64,000 nt of DNA, taken from positions 190,094,001 through 190,158,000 of the forward strand of contig NC_058368.1 of the NCBI RefSeq assembly GCF_018350175.1, written 5' to 3'. This document shows positions 1-13,035 of the stretch, in pieces; within the stretch, counting starts at the first letter, position 1; each line of letters opens with the position of its first letter. The notes under the pieces are model-generated. The model was not told the origin of the DNA. It saw only the letters and a list, made by a program, of their open reading frames with translations, and did no database searches. The DNA comes from Felis catus (taxonomy: Eukaryota). The position numbers and the translations under genes are program-made.

Positions 1-667
1 TTCTGTATTTTCGCCATGACAGATAGCAAGTAACCTACTATGGAACGATTGCCTATTGACTTGCCTGTGTCTCCCACTCACCTCAATGTCCCACAGGGCA
101 CTGTGTCCCCGTGTCCAGCATGGTATCTGGCACCCAGCAGGCTTGCGGTGAATCATGAGCAAATAAATGAATTCCTTTACACATGATTCCTTTTCTCCAG
201 AATGTTTTCACAGTAAGTCCCTTGTGGACAGAGACCCAGTAATTTTTCTGTAGCCTGTAGCGGCTTCAGTGTGAAGTTAATAGGGCACACTAGTGTGCGG
301 CAATGCTCTGGGCAGAGGTATTTGTATGCCCATTTTGCAGGGAAGTTGAGACTTGCCTATGATGACCTAGCTGGTAAGAAATAAAACTGGACTAGATCTG
401 GGGTTTCTGATTCTCGGCTGTGAGATTTTCCTTATCTGTACCCCCAATTAACTTATCTTGAAATTCTCCAGAAATGTTGGATTTTAAAGGAACGTCTCCT
501 GCTGGTGGACTGGATTCCCGGTGGAGTTGACAATGAGTCTTTTGTGACCATTTAGGCCAGGCTCTGAAACTGCTACAGTGGCCCCCCCTATGAAGGGAGG
601 TGCACAGGCCTGGCCCAGGGTCCAGTTGCCCGGCACCCCATGCCCACCCTCTCCCTCAGGACCCTAC

Positions 668-907
668 CAGCCCGTGTGGCCCCCGAGGCCACCAGTCGTT
701 GAAGGCCTTTCTTCTTGAGGATGACACTGCTGCCGATGAGGAAGCTGGACAAGAAGGCCAGGCCCAGACCAATGTAGAAGCCATAGCTCTGCCTGAACCT
801 CTCCTTCCAGCTGGTAGAGGTGACATTGCTGGGCACCTGGGGGCTGAGGTCACTGACGATCTGGCACAGGACTTGTTGGGAGGAGCAGTAAAGGCTGATC
901 AGGGAAC
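668..907 (-). CDS. NIPAL4: NIPAL4 (ichthyin, NIPA-like Mg2+ transporter) coding exon 2, 240 nt; gene continues off the left edge
   Basis: Translates (G)[79 protein letters not shown], matching recalled NIPAL4. Acceptor tcttcctgtccag at 908-920; donor gtaggg at 667-662; phase 1/1. Confidence 0.96.
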
Positions 908-2160
908 CTGGACAGGAAGACCATGGTAAGTGAGTCATGCCGGGTACACTTGGGTGCTTTCAAGATACTGGAATTGGCGGCTCTTTCAGACCCCATACTT
1001 CAGCTTCCAAGGCCCACACAATGGGCCTGAACCTAACAATAATAATTAACATTCACCAAGTGCTTACTCCAGGCTAGGGGCTTTATTTGCATGAACTCAT
1101 TCAATTTTCATAACCATCTGTCAGGTAAGTGCTGCTTTGAATTCCCATTTCATAGATGTAGAAATGGAGGCCATGAGAGGTCAGGCACCTTACCTAAGAA
1201 CACAGACTGTCTGACTCCAGAACTCCAGCACATAACCCCTAAGGTGTACTGATGCTCCCCACACCCAGCAGGGTTCTCAGGCTCTCAAAGTCTTAGGTGT
1301 CATTGACTCCAACTTCCCACCCTCCACAGGAATCTCCTCCCAGTCTCTGGACTTCCAATAGCTCAGGATCACACAGGGATTTTCTCCTCCAAGAGGCCTC
1401 GTCACTTCCATATCCCTACCTCCAGCCGCAGCAGAGACTTCTGACAGGTAACATGAGGGAGTGAGGCCTGCGGGTCCATAGCCCCTTCTAGGCCTGAAGA
1501 TGACTAAATATAAGCATCCCGTTTGTTAAAATGGCCCATTCCTAAGCCAGATTTTAAGACCTCTGGTGCTGACAGTCAGTGGCTTGGGCCTCCTTCAGGC
1601 CTCAGAGACATTGGTGTCCCTGTCACTCCATGTGGAATCTTCAGTTTGCTTTCCAAGTCCTTGAGATCCTGAGAGTCTGAATCAGCCCTCATGCCCCAGA
1701 ACCGGCCAACCCTTGCTCGCCTTTCTGGCACAAACACCAAGGACAATACGACAAACTTGGGTGAGGGGCAGACCCTCAGTCAGAAGAGCTAAGCTGCCTA
1801 AGTTCAGTGAAACAATATAAAGCACAGCCAATAATCCTCCAGTTCCAGTGCCCACATGGTCCTCTACTCTGAGGCTTTTCAGGAACATTCCTACCACAGA
1901 AATGGCACAGTGATCATGTGCAGGGTGTTGGCTGGAGAAACTGGGACCCTGATAAGTTTGGTAACCTGAGTAAGACTACACTCGTGGTAAGAAGAGAAGC
2001 CAAATTGTTCCCCAAGTCCGTGTAATGCCAAAACCATGCTCTTAACCGCCACATGTACCCCACAGAGCAGGCAGCAAGGGTGGGGTGGGGTTTCCTTTGG
2101 CCTCTTGAGGGTTATTTTAAAATATGAACTTATTACTAACATTTAAAAACCCAATTTCCC

Positions 2161-2393
2161 CGGGTGCCTGGGTGGCTCAGTCAGTTAAGCGTCTGACTTC
2201 CACTCAGGTCATGATCTCACGGTCCATGGGTTCGAGCCCCGCGTCAGGCTCTGTGCTGACAGCTCAGAACCTGGAGTCTCCTTTGGATTCTGTGACTCCC
2301 TCTCTCTCTCTCTCTCTGCCCCTCTCCTGCCTGTTTTTTCTCTCTCTCTCTGTTTCTCAAAAGTAAATAAACATTAAAAATTTTTAATAAAAA
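2161..2393 (+). mobile_element. Carnivore SINE (SINEC) in NIPAL4 intron 1
   Basis: gggtgcctgggtggctcagtcagttaagc head, (CT)n region, A-tail; degenerate TSD aaaaa.c..atttccc. Confidence 0.93.
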
Positions 2394-4009
2394 TCTGATT
2401 TCCCAAGAAAATTCAGCTTTTGAGCTGCCTGTGTTCACCTTGTTGAGTACACCATCCCAACCGACAACTGGCTGCAGTTGAGAGTGGTTCCCCCTTAGGA
2501 AATGCACCTTGCAATTCCTCAGAGTCCATACCTGGCTCCCTTCAGTCATTCTGGTTATGTGCTCAGCCCCTGTAGGCATCTGAGTTTGTGACCTCTGGTG
2601 GTCAAAGGTCTTTTTCAAACCGTGGGTCACAAAGCTCCAGGCTGCTGTGCCAAGGATGTAAGCCTGGGCCGGTTTCTCCTCATACCAATTACAACTACAG
2701 GCGAGCCACTAGACGGGCCCCAAAGCCCAAGGTCATGCAGCTCTGGCTTTGGTGTATCTGGAGGATAGAGCAGCATCTTGGTGGAATAAAATAAGGGCAA
2801 TGCTGATCTTTCTTCCATGGCACAGAATGGCCTGTCTAACCCTCTTACTTGCAGCTGGGAAAACTGGGGCCTAGAGAAGGGGAAGGACTTGCTTGAGTCT
2901 CACAAAAACCTAGTGGCAGAGCTGGGCCTGGAACCCACCAGGGGACATCCATGTGTCTTTCACAGTGGGAGATCTCTCTTCCTGACACCTGTGTCACAAT
3001 CAAGAGAAGATGAGACATGAAGCCATTTCCATCCTTCATGAAATTTGGTGTGACCTCTTGCTCCTGTTCCTCAGCTCAGTCTAGTTTGGAGAGTTCCCTG
3101 AACTCAGGAAATGAGCCAGAACCTGGGAGGACATGGGCCAAGGAAGGTGACTCCCAAGAGGAAGGCCAAGCCCATCCCCACGCCCTTCACCTGCCCTCCT
3201 GAAGATGCATCTCCAGGAGGTGGAGCCACGGGGTGAGCTTGCCTGTTCTGGGAAGCACCCTCCGCTGAATGAAGTTTTCCCAGGGGGACAAAAAGAAAAT
3301 GAGAGAGGCTGAAGGCCAAAGGACATCCAGTTCTGAGAAGGATGCTCATTAGACAAGCGGGTGCTGGGCCCAGTGATTCCGGCTTCTTTTCCAGAATATG
3401 CTAGGGCTGGGGAACATATTCTTCCCCAGGGGAAGGTGAGGCTGAAAATGGACTGCATTGTTGGTCAGGAGACCAAAGCCAGCCAACACCCAAAGAGCTG
3501 GCTTTAAACACTCGCTGGAGAAGAGAAATTAGAGAAACAGGGCTATCGGACCAGTTACAATTGCAAGAGGCTGTAGGAAAATGGAGACATAGCGGGAAGA
3601 GAGCACAGTAGTCTGAGTACAGGTTGTAGGATCCAAGGGCTCTAGCTTTATATTCCACTTCCCCCAGCGGATTAGTTTGAGCAAATCATCAGGCTTTTCA
3701 GAACTTCAGTTTCTTTCTCTCCAGAAAGGAGACGGCGAGGTGATAATATCTACCTGCCCTCTAGAGTTAAGGATAAATGAAGTAATGCAGCTAAAGGGCC
3801 TAGTCTACCACCCAGCAAGTTCCCAGCAAGAACTTAACATAAAGCTAAAGGTCTTTCCTATCCCTTCCTGGGTTGCTCTTTCCCTCCTTTCCCTAAAAGG
3901 TGTGTGTGGGTTTGGGGGTGAAGCGTCTCTGCGCCCCTCTCCCTTGCCCCAGGGAGACAGGCAGACCCGGGCAGGTAGTAGAATCTGAAGCAACTGTATA
4001 TGAGAAACA

Positions 4010-4760
4010 ACCACGAGCCCCCCCTCCCCCTCTGGTTGACCAGTTGCAATCAGTGCTGCCCGCCTCCGCCGCCTCCGTCCCCACGCGTCCCTTTCCTCCC
4101 AACCCCCCTCTCAGCTACCAGCTCCGAAGACGGGGGAAGTCGGCCGGAACCCCGCTTCTCACCAAGACTGGCCAGAGCGCGATCCACCCCTCCTCGGTTT
4201 GGGCCCCGGCCAGAGAAGACGCGAAGGAAAGGAGCGGCGGCGAAGGGAAGGCGCGAAGCGCGGCCCGCACGCACCGTTCTGGCAGCTGGTGTTGCTGGCC
4301 CGCAGCTCCATGGGCCCTGCGCGCACGGACCGACGCGCGGGCTGCTGGCGCCCCGGGTTCCCCGGTGCCGGAGCAGGTGGCCGAGACTCGTCCCCCGCGT
4401 GGCCGGCGTGCCAGAGGCTGCCGGGGTCGGCCCCAGGGGTGGAGAGAATGACGCGCCCCAGAGGGGGACGGTCCTCGGGGAGGAGTCACCCAGAGTCTTG
4501 GGCAACTCGCTGGGCCGGGGGCCCAGCGCTCGAGCAGCCGGCAGAGGGGCGCACGCCCTCCCGGGGTGCGGAGGCTGCAGCGCTCCCGGAGAGAGAGTCA
4601 CCGCGTCGCGCCCCCGGCGGGAGGCAAGGGGGGCGGGTCCCCGGGCGCCGCCCCTCCGCGACGCCGGGACTGCACCCGGTTGTGTCCCCAGTGTCAGAGA
4701 GATGATGGATCCTCAGACGGTGGGAGAGGGGGAGTTTTTTCCGGCGGAGGAAGAAGTGGG
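4010..4760. promoter_or_regulatory. NIPAL4: CpG island / NIPAL4 promoter and 5'UTR
   Basis: Very GC- and CpG-rich stretch around exon 1, with GC boxes (GGGGCGGG near 4630, CCGCCC near 4648); flanks are CpG-depleted. Confidence 0.9.
4275..4311 (-). CDS. NIPAL4: NIPAL4 coding part of exon 1 (37 nt, MELRASNTSCQN-G)
   Basis: ATG at 4311-4309 in gcccATGG context; peptide matches recalled human MELRVSNTSCENG; donor G|gtgcgt at 4274; phase 1 joins exon 2 to form a Gly codon. Confidence 0.93.
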
Positions 4761-5188
4761 GAAAGTGGAGGTTGGAAGAGGCACGGCTGCCAGATGGAGT
4801 CCTCCCGGGTCGGGAGGGGGTCCAAGACCCTGGGTTTCTCCCTTCCTGTCTGCCTTCTTGGCTTCCTCCTTCCCTGCCTCCCTGCCTGGTTCATTCATTC
4901 AACATAGGTCTGATCTGTGCTGGGCACTCGCACACAACAGGCACACAGTAAGTAGGTGCCCGATAAATGGTCCATACTTGTCTGTGGAATGAATGGATGA
5001 TAGAAGCTTGGTAAATTCAGTGAAAGAAGTATATTTCTTCTTCCAAGTGACTGGAGACCAGAAGGAGGCAGATATATTCTCTGTCCCTGGAGAACCTTAT
5101 GTATTAATGAGAGAAACAAAATGGGATCTACTACTACCTAGAAACTGGTGTCTTCCAAATCAGCATTAAAAAAAAAAAAAAGCTGGAT

Positions 5189-5360
5189 GGGGTGCCTGGG
5201 GTAGCTTATTCGGTTGAGTGTCTGGTTTTCGATTTTGCTCAGGTCATGATCTCCCTGCTCCTGAGTTGGGGCTCCAAGCTGGGCTCTGTGCTGGCAGTGC
5301 AGAGTCTGCCTGGAATTCTCTCTCCCTCAGAATAAATAAATAAGCTTAAAAAAAAAAACA
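5189..5360 (+). mobile_element. SINEC (older)
   Basis: ggggtgcctggg...gctcaggtcatgatctc...aataaataaa A-tail. Confidence 0.85.
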
Positions 5361-6295
5361 AAACTCAAAAAACTGTGGTTATGGAAAGTATGTTTGTCAT
5401 CCATGGGTAATAGTAAACATAAATTAGAGAAACACTGATTTGAACCATAAGAACACTTGTGCAGTGTTTGCCGCAGGGCAGGCAATGTTAATGCTGAAAA
5501 ACTCCTGTTCATTCAGTCCTCATGACAGCTATATACAGGACATACTTTTATCATTTTCAGAAAGGAAACTGAAGCACAGAGTGATCAAGGAACTTGCTGG
5601 GGTTCCCAGCTAGAAAGTGGAAGAGCCCATGCTCCCAGTGGCTGCACGGACATGCTTGGCATTTTAGACTCAAATACACTCTGGCTCCTGAGAACTGAAG
5701 ACGTGGGACCTCCAAGAAAGCAGGTGGTCAGTTCTGGCAATGTTGGTCACTGGCCTCCTGGAGGAGGTAGCTTTTAAAAATAGTTATGGAGTCTTCGCTA
5801 TGGGACAGACCCCGGGCTAATCCCTATCCAGATATTATCTTATTTGAGCCTCCTGTAAGGCAGGTATCATTACTATCTCCATGGTACAGATGAGAGAAAA
5901 CTGTACTTAAAAAAATTTTTTTTTGGTTATAAGATAATTTTAGATTTACAGAAGAATTACAAAAATAGCCCAGAAAGTTCCCATATACCTGTCACCAGCT
6001 TCCCTTAATGTTAATATTTTGTATAGGAATAGAAGAAGCCATATTTTAAATACTGTGAGAAACTTGCCCCCAAGGTCCCACAACTAGTGAAGGCACCAGG
6101 AGTAAACAGAGCTGCCCCCCAGCCTGTCCTCTCCAACATCACTCTCTACCTTCTACACGTGACCTTCTAGCTGGGCCCCAAGGGATGGGTTCTCCCAGCA
6201 TGTGGCTTCCCCTAACTTTCAGGTGATTTTAAACAAATCACTTACTCTTGAGGAGAAATGGTTTCCTCATCTGTCAAATAAGACAGTCCTTCCAG

Positions 6296-6300
<5 letters not shown>

Positions 6301-6332
<32 letters not shown>
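6301..6332. repeat. (TG)16 microsatellite
   Basis: Read directly from the sequence. Confidence 0.97.
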
Positions 6333-6337
<5 letters not shown>

Positions 6338-7536
6338 CTGTATCACCATGGGGTTGGGGGCAAGGTGGTTAAGGTAGAGTGTAGAAGGGAGTGGGAAATC
6401 ACAGGTATTGGTAACATTACACATCCGAGTTCAAGGTAATGCACCCAGACCTACCCCTCACCTTGGAGGGATGCAGCATCAGAGTTCAAATGGAGGTGAT
6501 TACCTCCAAGTCCAGTATAAATTGGAACACAGAGAAGCTGGAAACTGGATGATTGGTCCTACTAGGAAATGATAGTTCATTATAGCAGCATCTACACTAC
6601 CTGAGAGGGAGGATTGAACAAGAAAATTTAACTGGTCTTTTCTCTTAGCTAAGCATTTCTGCTGCTTAGATTTAATGTGTGCTACTAAACAATGCCCATT
6701 TCTGAGGCTGGTGGAAATAAGACCCTCGAACTCTCACTGCCTTCAAACCCTGATTGCATTTGTTCCGAGGACATGGAACAAGAGATTTGTGGTCTTTCTT
6801 TCTGACCAGGGCTTTTTTAATCACAAGAGCGGATATTTCAGTTATGGTCTCATTGTGCCAGAGCTGAACCCAGATCTTGAGAGGTAGGTACACACATATG
6901 TTCCCTAATACATATATTTTTGGATATGTTTGTGATTTGTGGAGCTGCTAAATTTTGTGGTCCAGGGCAGGGACTCCCTTGCCCTGTGTTCACCCTGTGC
7001 TTTGAGACAAGGCTTTTCAGAGTTAGGTGAGTTTCATGTTTTAGGGCAGTGGGCTGAGGTGGAGGGAGCTGGGATCTACTGATGGTTCTTCTAAACCCTC
7101 TCAGGGCCTCAGGCTCCCCATTTGTTCTAGAAGGAGGCGTGGCTTCCCCAGGGCTGGCATCAGCATCCCGGGAGTGCAGATATAATGAGCCCCATTGAAC
7201 CGCAGTCTCCCCGCCTGCTTTCCTGACAAAGCCCTTTTCTCCCTGAGCCACAATAGCACTGTCAGGCAGGTAGCAGGGCCTGTAGCATTGTCTCCCCAGA
7301 AAAGAACAACAGGGCTCACTGTCTGTCCCAGGCTCGTCTACCAGGGGAGGGCGGTGACTTTGGAAGGGTCTGACCAGCCAGAGACAGATGGGCTCTGTCC
7401 TTAGCCAGCCAGGCACTAGTGAACCAGTCACATCTCATTTGGCCAGTTATTCCAGGATGAACAGGAAGACTAATTTACAAAAACCCAAATCCCTAAAAAT
7501 TTGGACCTTCTAAGTGCATGTCCAAATGTTCTGTTA

Positions 7537-8030
7537 CAGAGCTGCACTGTCCAGTGTGGTAGGCCCCAGCTCCATGTGACTATTGAGAATGTGGAAAGGG
7601 GCTAATGTGAAGTAGTCATGAAGTAGACACGTAAAACAGACACTGTTAACATTTCGGGACACATAATTGTTTGGCAGGGGAGGCTGTCCTATGCACTGTA
7701 GGATTTTTGGTAGTATCCTTGGTCTCATGTCAGTTGTATACACTGCTGCCCATCTCCAGGCTCCCCTAGTTGTGACAACCGGTTGCCCAAATCTCCCCAG
7801 GTTGCACCCCATCCAGATTTCAAAGACTCAGTAAGAAAAAAATGTAAACTATTAATAACTTTTATTATTAGTTACATGTTGAAATGATAATATCTTGGAT
7901 ACATTGGGTTAAATAAAATACGTTATCAAAATTAATTTTCTCTACCTCTTTTTACTTTTTGTAAAGGTGGCTACAAAACGATTTAAAACGTAGTGGCTCA
8001 CATTATATTTCTGCTGGACATTGTGATTTA
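7537..8030. mobile_element. hAT-Charlie MER3/MER33-like element with nested MER20 (~7640-7810)
   Basis: gcactgtccagt... / ...tatatttctgctggaca ends; MER20 motifs ggctgtcctatgcactgtagga, gttgtgacaacc. Confidence 0.7.
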
Positions 8031-8639
8031 TAGAGGGCTTGCTATATGTTATATGCATGTTAGTTACCTATATGCATATATGTATATGCATGCTCATTTA
8101 ATCTTTGCAGCAATTCTGGGAAACAGGTTTTATTATTATCCCCATTTTCCAGATGAGGAATGAAGTTCAGTGAGGTCACTGAGCCTGTAAGTCAAGAAGC
8201 CAAGAATCAAACACAGATACGCTTTTCAATACTGCATATACTAAGTGCCTTAGGTTTAGTAACATGCCATGACACTTGGGTAGGTCACTTCCCCTCCTGG
8301 CATCTTACCCCAGGTAGAAGGGTTGGGCAAGATGTAGCTTGTGGTCCTTTCCAACCCTGCAGAGCTGGTCTTCTTGGCAGGGTGGGGAAGGACTGATGGC
8401 TGTCGCTTCCTTCAGGCTGACCTGGAATCATGGGAATCTCAAGTGTCGTCATGCAGAAACCGGCCAACTCCTCTTCTTTAGGTGGGTCCCCAGGATGGCT
8501 TCTATTCTCATAAAAAGCTTTAATGCCACTAGAAATAATACTTGGAATGGACACAGGTGCACTCAGACTGGCTCTAAGAAGAGCGCCATGCCCAGGGATG
8601 AGTCCAATTGATGCAACTGGCATCAATAATGATTATTAA

Positions 8640-8830
8640 ACAACACACCATTACTGACTTCTTGTGTGTCAAGCACTTTGTAAGCTTTGGCTCACATGGT
8701 CATTGCAGTCCCTTACTCTGGGTACCATTTCAGGTCCCATTTTACAGATGAAGGAACTAAAGCTCAGAGAGTGAAGTGACTTTACCAAGGTCACACACCA
8801 TGGTAAGGACAGAACTTCAAGCTGGGCTTG
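8640..8830 (-). mobile_element. MIR (representative; further MIR relics at ~1040-1220, 8090-8220, 9250-9370, 12050-12260, 13165-13400)
   Basis: MIR core cccattttacagatgaaggaactaaagctcagagagtgaagtgactttaccaaggtcacac. Confidence 0.8.
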
Positions 8831-9696
8831 TGTGTCCCCAGAGCAGCTCTCATAACCAAGGCCCTGGTTTAGGAAGGATAGAGCATTCTTTCCAGTAGTC
8901 TTCTTGGCCCTTCTCCATATGGGTAGCTTGGAAGACTGAGGCCATCCAGAAACCACATGGACAGCCATGCCACCTTCTCATCAGCTCTCCTTCGGAGTTA
9001 GAGCTGAACTAATCCAACCCTCTTAGTCTGCAGGTGGAGAAACTGAGGCCTGAATAGGGGAAAGGTGCTAACTTGTGGCAGAATCAGAACTTTTTTCTGT
9101 GGCAGAATCACCACTTTTATCTCCTACAACACTTTCTTCATGAGCAGAAAAAGCTAAGCCTAGGGAATATAATAAGAGCTATTATTTTTTGGCCACTTTT
9201 TAAGGACAAGCCAGGATTTCATATACATTGTCCCATTTGCTCCTCTCAATAAGCCTATGAGTCAGGTGCTGATATGATTCCTGTTTTAGAGATGAAAAAA
9301 TTGAGGCTCAGAAAGGCTAAGTTGTCTGCAGTTAAACAGTGGGGCCAAGATAAAACCCAGCATGCTGATTCTAGGGCCATTTCTTGACTGCTCTTCTCAG
9401 TCAAGGCTGGTCATACTGTGTTTATGGGATTCCCTCTCAGCGTATGCCTACAGGTGGAAGAGGTTTCAAATTCCTATATAGGGCAGAGCTCCCCATGAAG
9501 AATATATGTCGAAGTGCAGCATTGCTTGGCCTTAGTGTGGGTGCGCAGAGAGCCTACTGCACTTAATTCATGGCAAAGAACTGCAGATCTTATCAAAATA
9601 TAGTTAACATAATAATACTGAAATGAACTATTACTTGCTGCACAACTTCTATGTTGCAGGTTCTTTTCACGTATTTTTTTAATGTTACACCTTGAT

Positions 9697-10452
9697 TTTA
9701 TTTTTATTTATTTGTTTGTTTGTTTATTTATAATGTAATTTATTGTCAAGTTAGCCAACATACAGTGTATACAGTGTGCTCTTGGTTTCAGGGGTAGATT
9801 CCTGTGATTCATTGCTTACCTGCAACACCCAGTGCTCATCCCAACAAGTGCCCTCCTCAATGCCCATCACCCATTTTCCCCTTTCCCTCATTCCCCATCA
9901 ACCCTCAGTTTGTTCTCTGCATTTAAGAGTCTCTTATGGTTTGCCTCCCTCTTTGTTTGAAACTATTTTTTCCCCTTCCCTTCCCCCATGGTCTTCTGTT
10001 AAGTTTCTCAAGTTCCACATATGAGTGAAAACATATGGTGTCTGTCTTTCTCTGACTGACTTATTTCATTTAGCATAATACCCTCCAGTTCCATCCACAT
10101 TGTTGCAAATGACAGAATTTCATTGTTTCCATTGCCAAGTAGAATTCCATTGCACGTATAAAGCACATCTTCTTTATACATTCATCAGTTGATGGACATT
10201 TGGGCTCTTTCCATAATTTGGCTATTGTTGATAGTGCTGCTATAAACATTGGGGTACAAGTGCCCCTATGCATCAGCACTCCTGTATCCCTTGGGTAAAT
10301 TCTTAGTAATGCAATTGCTGGGTTGTAGGGTAGATCTATTTTTAATTTTTTGAGGAACCTCCACACTGTTTTGCAGAGTGGCTGTACCAGTTTGCATTCC
10401 CACCAACAGTGCAAGAGGATTCCCACTTCTCCACATCCTCACCAACATCTGT
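9697..10452 (-). mobile_element. 5'-truncated L1 (ORF2 C-terminus, 3'UTR and A-tail), carnivore type
   Basis: ORF 10070-10426 reads [12 protein letters not shown]...CTPMFIAALSTIAKLWKEPKCPSTDE (L1 ORF2 cysteine-rich end); T-rich tail at ~9697-9745. Confidence 0.93.
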
Positions 10453-11054
10453 TGTACAAATTAAGTCTAATCCTCATGGCAGCCCCACGAGGCAATGGAG
10501 CTATTGTAGTTTTGCACCTGATGACAGTGAGACACTGGGAGGTTTGGTAACTTGCTCAAGGTCATGCAGATAATAAGTGGCTAGGCTGGGATTTGAGCAG
10601 GTCCTCAAAGCTCTACTTCAGTCTCTTCCTCGTTCTCTGCCTTTTGATCCTCTGAGTCACTGCTCAGGCCAGCAACTCAAGGTAGGGGATGGGGGCAGGG
10701 GGACTGTAGTGATGCTCCTCTCCTGTGCCTGTTTGGAACCGCAGCGTTCGGTATGAGGGAACAGGGAGGACAAGGGCACAGAGGGAAAACTGCTTTTAAA
10801 GTGGGAAGAGCCAACTTGAAAAGGAAGGACAGACAGCCTCTGTTTTTCCTTTTGAGTTTTAATAAATTAACCCATCTCAGACTTTGATATCTGAGAGGTT
10901 AGGATTAAAGGGTCAGGTGATGTGAGTTCTAGACCCCATTCTGCCATGAATACACTGGGACCAGAGGCAGGTCCTTCCAATCTGGGTCTCCGTTTCCCCA
11001 ATATGTGCAATGAAAATGATGGACTAGATCAGTGGTTTTTAAAGCTTTCATTTA

Positions 11055-11266
11055 GGGGTGCCTGGGTGACTCAGTCGGTTAAGTGTCCAAATTTGGCTCA
11101 GGTCATGATCTGAGTCTGAGCCCTGCATCAGGCTCTGTGCTGACAGCTCAGAGCCTGGAGCCTGCTTCGGATTCTGTGTCTCCCTCTCTCTCTGTCCCTT
11201 CCCCACTTGTGCTTGCGCTCTCTCTCCCGAAATAAATAAATAAACTTAAAAAAATAAAAAAAAAAG
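11055..11266 (+). mobile_element. SINEC
   Basis: Full head and tail; TSD aaagcttt(c/t)attta on both sides. Confidence 0.93.
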
Positions 11267-12299
11267 TAAAGCTTTTATTTAAAAGCTTATTTTTTTTTAA
11301 ATGAGATGGGGTGGGTACCAAACTTTTTTCCCCAACAGAAAGTTACATGGAAGGACAATATAAAAATGTCTCTCAAGAGGTGTTTCTTTCATTGATTCAG
11401 GGCAGGAGCCTGGAAACTTGTCACCTTGGCCTCCGTGTTGTCTCCCTGCTGCCCCCTCCCCTGTAGCAGCCACTGAGACATCCTCCACCCACGATAGGAC
11501 TTGGAAGATCCCAGGTTGATGGGGGGGGGGGGGGGGGAGGGGTGGCTGTGTGGCCTCTTGAGCACACAATGGTCACATCAGTCATTCTTCTCACGGATGC
11601 TCCCACAGAACTGGTTTGGGGTTCAGAAGAAAGGCCAGAAGAGGCTCTTGTATGGGGAGGCTGTTGAAGGGATGCCTGTGGGCTCCAGGACCCTAGTTCT
11701 CCAGGCTCCTTTGTAAGGGTCCTGAGGCACAGTCACACTGTTGCAAGTGGGTCTGAATACTCCTGCATGGTGACACCATCTGTGTCCAAGGGGGAAACTC
11801 CCACACACTCCCGAGTGGCACTCCACGTGAGACGGCTGGCGGGAGAGTGTTTTATTTGCAAGCCTGTGACTAGCTCAGCCTCTTTCAGGGCTTCTGGGGA
11901 GGAAAAGCAGATTTGGGCTGCATATGGGTCTCAACTTCCCCACACACAATGGTTGTGTGGCCTTAAGCAAGTTACTTACCTATCCTGGGCCTCATCTGTC
12001 TTATTTGTGAAACAGGGATAATGATGATGACAATGATAATAAAATTACCTCCTACTGAATACTTGCTACGTGCAGATGCTATGTAAGTGCTTCTGTATGC
12101 TATAACAGCAGATCTTCACTTTACTATATGAGGTAGGTGCTGTATTATCTGTTTTACAGCTACAGAAAGTGAGGCACAGAAAAGGTAGGTGGCTTGCACA
12201 AGTTTGCACAGCTCCAGCTATCAAGTGGCAGAGCTAAGACACAAACTCTTGTTTATCCAAGCCCAAAGCCAACATTTTCACTTGCAACATTATACTGCC

Positions 12300-12499
12300 T
12301 TTAAAAAAAAAATTATTTATCTTGAGAGGGACAGCAAGAACAAGGGGAGAAGAGGCAGAGAGAGGAGGGGGACAGAAAATCTGAAGTGGGCTCTATGTTG
12401 ACAGCAGAGAGCCCGATGTGGGACTCGAACTCATGAACTACGAGATCGTGACCTGAGCCAAAGTCAGATGCTTAGCTGACTAAGCCACCCAGATGCCCT
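12300..12499 (-). mobile_element. SINEC
   Basis: Reverse-complement head ...gactaagccacccagatgccc. Confidence 0.88.
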
Positions 12500-12769
12500 T
12501 GTCTTCTTAAATTAAACTTACCTCGAAGGTCTGTTTTGAGAATCACAAAAGACAACCTAAGTCATAATCCCAGAGCTGACATGTTGTAGGTGCTCAGTAA
12601 ATGGGTTCATCTCTTGCTAAATGCCCCAAAGCTTCTCTACCAGCCTGAAGGAGTTGGTGAGTGTCTGTCTATAAGTCGCTCTCTTCCCACCTAGTACAAG
12701 TAGGGAAAGGAAAGAGAATTCTACCTTTCAGGAAAAATTACTTTTCTCCTGTAAAAATCTTCTTTAATG

Positions 12770-13035
12770 AGTGTGTCCCAAACTGTGATCCATGAAACAC
12801 CACTCCACATTGTCTCGTGTTCAATAAACTTTGGGAAATGCCACATTCTCAATCCTCCTCTTGGAGATACTCATTGCATATTGACATGTTAAAGGCACTG
12901 AGAAGTCTTGCTGTAAAGAATCCTGCTCAATTTAATTTAACCCATAGTGTTCCAAATCCCACTGATCATAGAATTCCCATGCCCCACCCCACATAACACC
13001 TATTAACATCTAGTTCTAAAAAACACACTTGGGAA
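12770..13035. mobile_element. Probable old hAT-Charlie MER fragment
   Basis: gtgtcccaaact...ctttgggaaatgc...aaacacacttgggaa inverted-type ends; family uncertain. Confidence 0.5.

Noticed and set aside
588..667. Ends of ORF 588-938 beyond NIPAL4 exon 2
   Set aside because: They fall outside the GT/AG boundaries 668-907, so they are intronic.
4000..4992. 330-aa + strand ORF and the other long overlapping ORFs at 3900-4907
   Set aside because: They lie in the CpG island where stops are rare, are rich in Pro/Gly/Arg/Ala, show no recognisable domain and overlap NIPAL4 exon 1 antisense.
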